Shown: positions 38,987 to 45,796 of the stretch, piece by piece
Layout of the letters: each line of letters starts with the position of its first letter
How positions within the stretch are numbered: position 1 is the first letter of the stretch
From: an uncultured bacterium
GTDB taxonomy: Bacteria; CAZSTA01
Length of the DNA: 45,796 nt
NCBI GenBank assembly: GCA_964609495.1
Contig: CAZSTA010000004.1
Coordinates: forward strand, 1 to 45,796
Direction: 5' to 3'
Program-made: the position numbers and the translations under genes
The notes under the pieces: model-generated
The model's database searches: none
Seen by the model: only the letters and a program-made list of their open reading frames with translations
Told to the model about the DNA's origin: nothing

Positions 38987-39952
38987 ATGGAACAGGAGAA
39001 GCTGGTTGTCTCGACCTCTCCTCATATCAGAGATAAGGCGACGGTCTCTCGGATTATGTGGGATGTAATTATCGCCCTTATCCCCGCCACCCTCGCGGGT
39101 ATCTATTACTTTCGAGGCGGGGCGATAGGAGTTATAATCGTCTGCGTGACAGTGGCGGTGACCACCGAGGCGATCGTTCAGAAGCTGTTGGGAAGGGAGA
39201 TAACGATAAAGGATGGAAGTGCTATCATCACGGGATTGTTGCTAGCTTTGAATATGCCTCCTCGAGCTCCCCTTTGGCTAGCGGCAATAGGAGCTATCAT
39301 CGCCATTGTTCTGGTAAAGCAACTCTTCGGCGGTTTAGGGTATAATATCTTCAATCCAGCTTTGGCCGCTAGAGCGATTATGCTCGTCTCTTGGCCCTTG
39401 AGGATGACAACCTGGGTATCTCCTATAGATGCTACTTCTACCGCTACTCCCCTCGATGTGGTGAAGCTTTATGGAATGCAGAAGGCTTTGCCGCTTCTCC
39501 AAGTCCCAGATGTGTCTGCATTACATTGGGATCTATTCATTGGAAGAGTAGGAGGTTGTATCGGAGAGACTTCAGCGATAGCCATTTTAATAGGTGCGTT
39601 ATATCTCCTAATTCGTAAGGTGATCGATTGGCGTATCCCGGTTGGCTTCATCGGAGTAGTTTTTATTTTAAGCCTTATCCTAGGCAAAGACCCTTATCTC
39701 TATGTATTTGGGGGGGGATTGATGTTAGGAGCCTTCTTTATGGCTACTGATATGGTCACCTCTCCGGTGACTAAGCTTGGTCGGCTCATCTTCGGGATAG
39801 GATGTGGAATCGTTACGATACTCGTCAGGGTTACTGGTAGTTATCCTGAAGGGGTATCCTTCTCCATTCTCTTTATGAATACTGTTACTCCTCTACTTGA
39901 TAGATATACTAAGCCTATACCTTATGGAAAGAAGGTAAAATCTGGTGCGTGA
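38987..39952 (+). CDS. rnfD: Rnf electron transport complex subunit D
   Basis: STSPHI, KQLFGGLGYNIFNPA, DATSTATPL (FMN-Thr), GCIGETS, GAFFMATD, YPEG. Confidence 0.95.
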   Translation: MEQEKLVVSTSPHIRDKATVSRIMWDVIIALIPATLAGIYYFRGGAIGVIIVCVTVAVTTEAIVQKLLGREITIKDGSAIITGLLLALNMPPRAPLWLAAIGAIIAIVLVKQLFGGLGYNIFNPALAARAIMLVSWPLRMTTWVSPIDATSTATPLDVVKLYGMQKALPLLQVPDVSALHWDLFIGRVGGCIGETSAIAILIGALYLLIRKVIDWRIPVGFIGVVFILSLILGKDPYLYVFGGGLMLGAFFMATDMVTSPVTKLGRLIFGIGCGIVTILVRVTGSYPEGVSFSILFMNTVTPLLDRYTKPIPYGKKVKSGA

Positions 39953-40496
39953 TATAGCTAGATTTGGACTGACTTTGATGATCGTCTGTATTATATCTGC
40001 GGCTGCTCTAAGCTTCACCTATCAATCAACTTCTCCTCGTATCGAGGAGAATAGGAGAGATAGGCATAGGAAGGCTCTTATAGCTGTTCTGCCGGACGCT
40101 CAAGAGTTCAAGACCGTTGAGGGGGATGAGATCAAGGGAGATGAGGAGGTAACCGTTGGGTATAGCGATGATCAGAGGGTAGGAGTGGCTCTTAAGGTCT
40201 CCATTCTCGGATATGGTGGTCCTATCGAACTTATGGTAGGAGTTAATATGGAGGGAGAGGTGAGCGGAGTGGAGGTATTAAGTCAGGCTGAGACGCCTGG
40301 CTTAGGAGCCCGCATAGACGATCCCGAGGAGAATTTTCTGGAACAGTTCAAGGGCAAAACTATAGAGAATCGTTTTAAGGCTAAGGATGATATAGACGCA
40401 ATAAGTGGAGCGACGATATCATCACAAGCAGTTACGGATGGAGTTAAGAAAGCCTTAGAATTATTCTCAGAATACTTTGGAGAAAGGGAGAAGTGA
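39945..40496 (+). CDS. rnfG: Rnf complex subunit G
   Basis: GYGGPI, ETPGLG, DAISGATISS. Confidence 0.95.
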   Translation: MRDIARFGLTLMIVCIISAAALSFTYQSTSPRIEENRRDRHRKALIAVLPDAQEFKTVEGDEIKGDEEVTVGYSDDQRVGVALKVSILGYGGPIELMVGVNMEGEVSGVEVLSQAETPGLGARIDDPEENFLEQFKGKTIENRFKAKDDIDAISGATISSQAVTDGVKKALELFSEYFGEREK

Positions 40497-41104
40497 TGAA
40501 TGGCATTTGGAAAGATTTTACAAACGGTATAATCCGTGAGAATCCTGTATTGAGATTAATGATTGGTCTGTGTCCTCTCCTGGCAGTCTCCAACACCGCG
40601 ATAAATGGCTTTGGGATGGGAGTAGCGGCTTCCTTCGTTCTTATCTTCTCAAATATGGTGGTCTCTATGATCAGAAAGTTTGTGCCAAATCAAGTTCGTA
40701 TTCCCGTCTTCATCATCATCATCTCCACCTTCGTAACGATCACCGATCTAGTTATGGCTGCTTTTGCTCCGGAGTTACATCGCAATTTAGGGGTATTTGT
40801 CCCTCTAATCGTGGTCAATTGCATCATTCTAGGTAGGGCTGAAGCTTTTGCTTATGGACACCCGCCTCTGAACTCACTTGCTGATGGATTGGGTATGGGA
40901 TTAGGATTTACTCTGATCATCACCCTCATTGGAGTTATAAGGGAGCTTTTGGGGAGCGGTCAGATATTTGGATACACAGTTTTAGGAGCTTGGTTTGAAC
41001 CAGCCATCGTTATGGTTCTACCTCCAGGTGCGTTCTTAACGATCGGTTTCCTGATGGGATTGTTGAATAAGCTGGAGAAGAAAGGTGTAAAGGGAACTTT
41101 TTAA
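40493..41104 (+). CDS. rnfE: Rnf complex subunit E
   Basis: ENP, GLCPLLAV, VRIP, PLIVVNCIILGRAEAFA, LPPGAF. Confidence 0.95.
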   Translation: MMNGIWKDFTNGIIRENPVLRLMIGLCPLLAVSNTAINGFGMGVAASFVLIFSNMVVSMIRKFVPNQVRIPVFIIIISTFVTITDLVMAAFAPELHRNLGVFVPLIVVNCIILGRAEAFAYGHPPLNSLADGLGMGLGFTLIITLIGVIRELLGSGQIFGYTVLGAWFEPAIVMVLPPGAFLTIGFLMGLLNKLEKKGVKGTF

Positions 41105-41155
41105 TTCTGGTAACTTTCTAACCTTATATATTTTTGTCTGCGAAAGTTACCAGAA
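41105..41155 (+). promoter_or_regulatory. 51-nt hairpin motif, copy 1 (rnfE-rnfA intergenic)
   Basis: TTCTGGTAACTTTC-TAACCTTA-N13-GC-GAAAGTTACCAGAA. Confidence 0.6.
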
Positions 41156-41258
41156 CACTTGAGTTTTATTGCCGGCAAAAGTCCCCTTTATTAGAATAAC
41201 TTATTGAATAATGTGAAGGTTAGAAGAGGAGGCTTGTCCCTCTGGGGAGGTTAAGATT

Positions 41259-41846
41259 GTGCAACATCCGAATCTATTTTATATATTTATTGGAGCGCTT
41301 CTCGTCAACAATATTCTACTATTGAGATTCTTGGGGTTATGCTCTTTCTTTGGGATCTCTAACCAGTTGGAGACCTCTATAGGGATGGGGATGGCTGTTA
41401 CCTTTGTTATGGTCATATCCTCGGTAGTGACCTGGCTGATCTACAATTTCATCTTAGTCCCATTCGATCTGGTTTTCCTTCGCACTGGGTCCTTTATCCT
41501 AGTGATCGCTACTTTAGTTCAATTGGAGGAGATCTTCATTCGGAAGACAAGCCCAGTTCTCTATAGAGCTATGGGTATTTATCTACCTCTTATCACCACG
41601 AACTGCGCCATTTTAGCGGTTGCTTTTTTAAACATAGATTATGGCTATACTCTGTTAGATAGTATAGTATATGCCTTTGGAGTATCGCTTGGCTATGTTT
41701 TAGCTATTGTCCTCTTCGCGGGGATAAGGGAGAGGATGGCTTTAGCCCCCATCCCGGAAGCTATGAAGGGTTATCCGATCGCCTTCATAACCGCTAGTCT
41801 GATGTCCCTAGCTTTTTTGGGTTTTAAGGGGCTGTTTGGGTTATAG
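41259..41846 (+). CDS. rnfA: Rnf complex subunit A
   Basis: LVNN, FLGLC, FILVIATLVQ, GIYLPLITTNCA, IRER, SLAFLGF. Confidence 0.95.
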   Translation: MQHPNLFYIFIGALLVNNILLLRFLGLCSFFGISNQLETSIGMGMAVTFVMVISSVVTWLIYNFILVPFDLVFLRTGSFILVIATLVQLEEIFIRKTSPVLYRAMGIYLPLITTNCAILAVAFLNIDYGYTLLDSIVYAFGVSLGYVLAIVLFAGIRERMALAPIPEAMKGYPIAFITASLMSLAFLGFKGLFGL

Positions 41847-41859
41847 GATGTTGATTTCG

Positions 41860-41910
41860 AAAAGGTGACTTTTTAACCTTAGATTTCTTATGAAGCAAAA
41901 GTTACCTTTT
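41860..41910 (+). promoter_or_regulatory. 51-nt hairpin motif, copy 2 (rnfA-rnfB intergenic)
   Basis: AAAAGGTGACTTTT-TAACCTTA-N13-GC-AAAAGTTACCTTTT. Confidence 0.6.
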
Positions 41911-41926
41911 ATAAGGGGATGGTTCG

Positions 41927-42760
41927 ATGATAACATACGCTATAATCAGCCTGGGGGTTATAGGTTTGATATTCGGCGCGGGTTTAGCTTTAGCATATAG
42001 AAAATTCGCAGTTGAAGTAGATCCTATGTTGGAGGCAGTCCGAGAGGCTTTGCCCGGTATCAACTGTGGTGCTTGTGGCTATCCTGGTTGCTCCAGTCTA
42101 GCGGAAGCCATCGTCAAGGGTGAGGCGGATATAACCGCTTGCACCTTTGGGGGAGCGGCAACTGCTAGGAGATTGGCACAGCTTTTAGGAAGGGAATTGG
42201 TGATCGAGGAGAAGAAAGTTGCTAAAGTCTATTGTCAAGGGAGCCGAGATAAATGTCCAGAGAAATTTATCTATGATGGAGTTATGGACTGTCAAGCTGT
42301 GATGTTAGTTGGGGGAGGAAATAAGGCTTGTAACTATGGTTGCTTGGGATTGGGAACTTGTGCCCGAGTCTGCCCAGTAAATGCTATAACCATGGGCGAG
42401 GATAGATTGCCGATTATAGATGAGAATAGATGCACTGGTTGTGGGATATGTGTGAGGGAGTGTCCTCGTCAGATCATACATCTTACCCCTGTCTCCCAAA
42501 GGACTTATATCTTATGTAGTTCTAATGATAGAGGAGCCGCAGTTCGCAAGATCTGTCAAGTTGGATGTATAGGATGTGGAAGATGCGCTAAGGTTTGTCC
42601 AGTTTCCGCTATCACTATGGAGAATTTTTTAGCTCACATAGATTATGAAAAGTGCACGGATTGTGGAAAATGTGTGGAGGTATGTCCTATGAAGACGATA
42701 GTCCAGAAAGACGAGGTAAAACCCGGAGTAGTCCAAAAGATCGCCAGGGCAGCTTCTTGA
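41927..42760 (+). CDS. rnfB: Rnf complex subunit B (polyferredoxin)
   Basis: LPGINCGACGYPGC plus several CxxCxxCxxxCP motifs. Confidence 0.95.
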   Translation: MITYAIISLGVIGLIFGAGLALAYRKFAVEVDPMLEAVREALPGINCGACGYPGCSSLAEAIVKGEADITACTFGGAATARRLAQLLGRELVIEEKKVAKVYCQGSRDKCPEKFIYDGVMDCQAVMLVGGGNKACNYGCLGLGTCARVCPVNAITMGEDRLPIIDENRCTGCGICVRECPRQIIHLTPVSQRTYILCSSNDRGAAVRKICQVGCIGCGRCAKVCPVSAITMENFLAHIDYEKCTDCGKCVEVCPMKTIVQKDEVKPGVVQKIARAAS

Positions 42761-42818
42761 AGCCGATTGAAATTTTAGAGGGGTGATATTTATTACACGA
42801 AGGGAAGAAGTATAGGGA

Positions 42819-43307
42819 ATGATAGAATCTATAGTTGAGACTCTACGTGGTCTTCCGAAGCCTCTAATCGTTCTTTTTATATCTTGTCTCCCCATCGCCG
42901 AATTGAGAGGCGCTATACCAGTTGCTTTGGCTTTAGGTATGTCTCCTTTTAAGGCTTTCTGGCTGGGCGTTATCGGTAATCTGATTCCTGTGATTCCCTT
43001 GTTAATCTTCTTAGGGCCGATTTCCGAGTGGTTGCGTCGCTTCAAGATATTCGAGGGATTTTTCGATTGGCTTTTCAAGCGTACCCGAAAGAGGGGAGAG
43101 AAGGTCGAAAGATATGGAGCGTTAGGCTTGATCTTCTTCGTAGCTATCCCTCTTCCCATCACCGGAGCCTGGACGGGATGCGCAGCCGCTTTCGTATTCG
43201 GGATAAGATTTATATATGCTTTTCCTGCTATATTATTGGGAGTATTGATCGCGGGGGTGGTAGTTATGCTAGCTAGCTTGGGGGTCATAAACTTGTGGTT
43301 TGTTTAG
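42819..43307 (+). CDS. Small multi-drug export family (COG2426-like) membrane protein
   Basis: LPIAELRGAIP; FVAIPLPITGAWTG. Confidence 0.88.
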   Translation: MIESIVETLRGLPKPLIVLFISCLPIAELRGAIPVALALGMSPFKAFWLGVIGNLIPVIPLLIFLGPISEWLRRFKIFEGFFDWLFKRTRKRGEKVERYGALGLIFFVAIPLPITGAWTGCAAAFVFGIRFIYAFPAILLGVLIAGVVVMLASLGVINLWFV

Positions 43308-43347
43308 TTGTCAGGGTTTCTAAATTCTGGAAAGGAGTTAGATTTCG

Positions 43348-43584
43348 GTGGTTAAACATCGAGAGGAAAAGAAAAGAGAAGCAAAGGATACTCCTGAATT
43401 CGAAGATGTAGAGAGAATGAAGGAGATTAGGAGGAAGAAGAGGCAGAAGGAACTGAGGGAGAAAAGGAAAAATTATCATGAAGATGAGGAAATGAAAGAA
43501 GTTTTTAAGAAGAAGGATGGCCGGAGGAAAAAGAGGAGTAAGAGGCAGAGAGATCTGGAAGAGGAAAAAGATTACGAATATTAG
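43348..43584 (+). CDS. Small highly charged hypothetical protein
   Basis: 78 aa, mostly K/R/E/D; AAGGAG RBS; terminator follows. Confidence 0.55.
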   Translation: MVKHREEKKREAKDTPEFEDVERMKEIRRKKRQKELREKRKNYHEDEEMKEVFKKKDGRRKKRSKRQRDLEEEKDYEY

Positions 43585-43637
43585 AGATTTAGATGGGGTT
43601 TCCCTTATAGCTAAATAGAGAATAAAATGCGATCTAT

Positions 43638-43669
43638 AAGCCGGCCATAAGGATGGTCGGCTTTCGTTT
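43638..43669 (+). terminator. Intrinsic terminator
   Basis: AAGCCGGCCAT-AAGG-ATGGTCGGCTT followed by TCGTTT. Confidence 0.65.
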
Positions 43670-43685
43670 AAGGGGAGGCTGTCGG

Positions 43686-45796
43686 GTGAAAATTTTTCGA
43701 GGAAAAGTGAGGGTTATCCTAATATCACTTTTTCTGTTGTTTATCATAATATTGGGTGGGGGTTACTTCTTTCTTCAAAGCGAGCGAGCTTTATCTTTAA
43801 GTAAGAGGATATTGCTTGCTCAACTCGGCAATATCGTCGAAGGAGAGATAAAGATCGGAGAATTTCGAGGCGATCTTCTCTCCGGTATATCGCTTAAAGA
43901 TGTTCAGATCCTGAGAGAAGGAGATCCGATCCCTGTTCTGGATATAGCGGAGGTTATAATCACCTATAATATTTTTAAATTGCCCTCTCGTATCCTCGAT
44001 ATCAAAAGTATGAAGTTAATCGAACCCGAGGTGATGGTATGTCGATATAAGGACGGCTCTCTCAACCTCTCAGATATCTTAGCCAAAGGGGAAGTTTCTG
44101 GAAAAAGGATTATAAAGATCGATCTTTCAAAGATAGAAATAGAGAAAGGAAGAGTGATAGTAAAGGATGAGATGGGCACTATTCCCCATTCGGTAATGGA
44201 TATCGCTCTAGCGAGCTCTTATGTCAATAACCTCTCTACTAACCCTTCCTTTACCGGTCAGGTTTCCCTCTCTTCCCTCGTTGTGGGCGGCAATCACCTT
44301 AAAGATGTGCAGTTTAGATATAGCTTCGCTGATGATAAAGCGAAGCTATTTGGATTCTCTGCTGAGGTCTTTGGAGGAGACATCTCAGGGAAGGGAGAGA
44401 TCTCTCTGGGCAAGGGGGGTAATGAATTTGAAGTAAATGTCAAATTGAACGGTATGGATGTAGGAGAATTATTTGCTCATAATGTTCCCTTTCTGGAGCC
44501 CTGGTTTGGAGGCATCGCGGAAGGGGAATGCTCCTTGAGAGGAGCGTTTGGTGATTTTGCAAGTATTATGGAGGAGGGAGAAGGTCTGCTAAGAGTTCGT
44601 AAAGGACTTTTCATAAAATATCCCTTCCAGGACTTCAGCACTAAATTTAAGATAAGAAAGGGGATATTGCTAATAGACGAGATTCGAGCGAGTGATGATC
44701 AGGCTGAGGCTATTGGCAAAGGTTTCATCGATATGGCCACCGGGGATATGGAAGGAGACTTGATAGGCAAGAATATAGATCTTAGAAAGATAACTTATGT
44801 CTATAAAACCCCACCTCTGGAGGGTATTGGAGATTACAATGGCTCTATCTATGGAAATATTCTCGATCCAAAGCTCGCGGGAAGAGTTAGGATAAAACAA
44901 GGAGGCTATGGAGGAGTAGTCGTATCCATATTAGAAGGAGATCTACGCTATGAAGATTGGAGATTATCAACCGCAGGTAAGACCTATATAAAGCAAGGTG
45001 ATCTTACCTATGATATTCGCGGTAGTCTTATCTTCTATCCCGAGTTCCGCTTTGATAATCTCGAAATTAAGGTGAGGAGAGGAGAGATTACCGACTTTCT
45101 CATCGCTAATAATTTAATTAGCGATATCTCGGGTACCTTCGCGATCTCTCTTGTTCTCAATGGCACCCCTACTGAATTGGATGGAGTAGGCGTCCTATCA
45201 ATAGATAAGGGGACGTTTCTCGGTCGTCCCTTCACCGATTTTCGTTCCGAATTCAACTATGATGGTATCAACTTCACTTCCCGTTCACCAGCCGAGGTCT
45301 TTATAGGTGAATCTAAGCTAGAAGCCACCGGGCAAGTCGGTTTAGATCGCCATCTCTCCCTAGAGATATTTTCCCATAACACCAATTTAAGTGATATTTA
45401 TCCTTCCCTGCCCAATTATCATACCGAGGTCCAAGCCGAATTGAAGGGAACTCTGGAAAAGCTCGAACTTTATCTGGACCTTAAAGATGAAGCTGGAGGC
45501 AAACTTAATGGACAGATCGGCTTAGAGTTGGGTGAGAAGCAGGAGTTCACAACCGATCTAACCTTCGAAGGATTGAAGGGACGCAGAATATTATCCTCGA
45601 TCGGCTATCCACCCTTACCTTTAGATGGAACTTTGAAGGGAGAGGTATTTGGTAAAGGGCCGATAAAAGATCTTTTGAAAGCTCAATTCGATATCTTTAT
45701 GGACGAAGTCGATCTTAATATATATGATCATCAGCTAGGAGAGAAATCTTCATCCACTCTCGCTACATTTAAAAATAGCCGAAGGGTAGAATTATC
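43686..45796 (+). CDS. TamB/AsmA-like protein (3' end runs off the window)
   Basis: GTG 43686 after GGGGAGG; MKIFRGKVRVILISLFLLFIIILGGGYFFLQS...EIKIGEFRGDLLSGISLKDVQI. Single N-terminal anchor, beta-rich. Frame spot-checked open at both ends; absence from the ORF track is consistent with no stop. Confidence 0.75.
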   Translation, partial: MKIFRGKVRVILISLFLLFIIILGGGYFFLQSERALSLSKRILLAQLGNIVEGEIKIGEFRGDLLSGISLKDVQILREGDPIPVLDIAEVIITYNIFKLPSRILDIKSMKLIEPEVMVCRYKDGSLNLSDILAKGEVSGKRIIKIDLSKIEIEKGRVIVKDEMGTIPHSVMDIALASSYVNNLSTNPSFTGQVSLSSLVVGGNHLKDVQFRYSFADDKAKLFGFSAEVFGGDISGKGEISLGKGGNEFEVNVKLNGMDVGELFAHNVPFLEPWFGGIAEGECSLRGAFGDFASIMEEGEGLLRVRKGLFIKYPFQDFSTKFKIRKGILLIDEIRASDDQAEAIGKGFIDMATGDMEGDLIGKNIDLRKITYVYKTPPLEGIGDYNGSIYGNILDPKLAGRVRIKQGGYGGVVVSILEGDLRYEDWRLSTAGKTYIKQGDLTYDIRGSLIFYPEFRFDNLEIKVRRGEITDFLIANNLISDISGTFAISLVLNGTPTELDGVGVLSIDKGTFLGRPFTDFRSEFNYDGINFTSRSPAEVFIGESKLEATGQVGLDRHLSLEIFSHNTNLSDIYPSLPNYHTEVQAELKGTLEKLELYLDLKDEAGGKLNGQIGLELGEKQEFTTDLTFEGLKGRRILSSIGYPPLPLDGTLKGEVFGKGPIKDLLKAQFDIFMDEVDLNIYDHQLGEKSSSTLATFKNSRRVEL

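Overview
Bacterial chromosomal window, probably from a metagenome assembly (100-N gap at 6291-6390). The organism is a likely diderm anaerobe (TamB/AsmA-like gene, Rnf, membrane pyrophosphatase) with a Firmicutes-like ychF-rpsF-ssb-rpsR-yybS-rplI-dnaB gene order. The left 27 kb is on the minus strand: partial gcvH, two PEGA/FGE-sulfatase proteins, a RiPP-type cluster, an ABC-F ATPase, ribosomal/replication genes with two tandem ssb, ligA and small accessory genes. The right 19 kb is on the plus strand: PAS-STAS protein, sugar ABC transporter, thioester-domain-like protein, hppA, DUF438, rnfDGEAB without rnfC, and a partial TamB-like gene. Best candidate for a new system: a radical SAM/SPASM + PqqD(RRE) + HPrK-like + S24/S26-peptidase-GNAT + nucleotidyltransferase cluster. 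It carries a tandem array of short precursor genes absent from the ORF track, with a near-identical 34-aa YxxPxL leader and unrelated cores, and the duplication junctions sit at a MITE-like end. Other highlights: a promoter-anchored three-domain structured RNA upstream of hppA; two covarying 51-nt hairpins flanking rnfA; a putative attenuator ahead of a resistance-like ABC-F; and a MITE nested in a REP-like repeat. All family assignments come from motifs read by eye; no searches were run.
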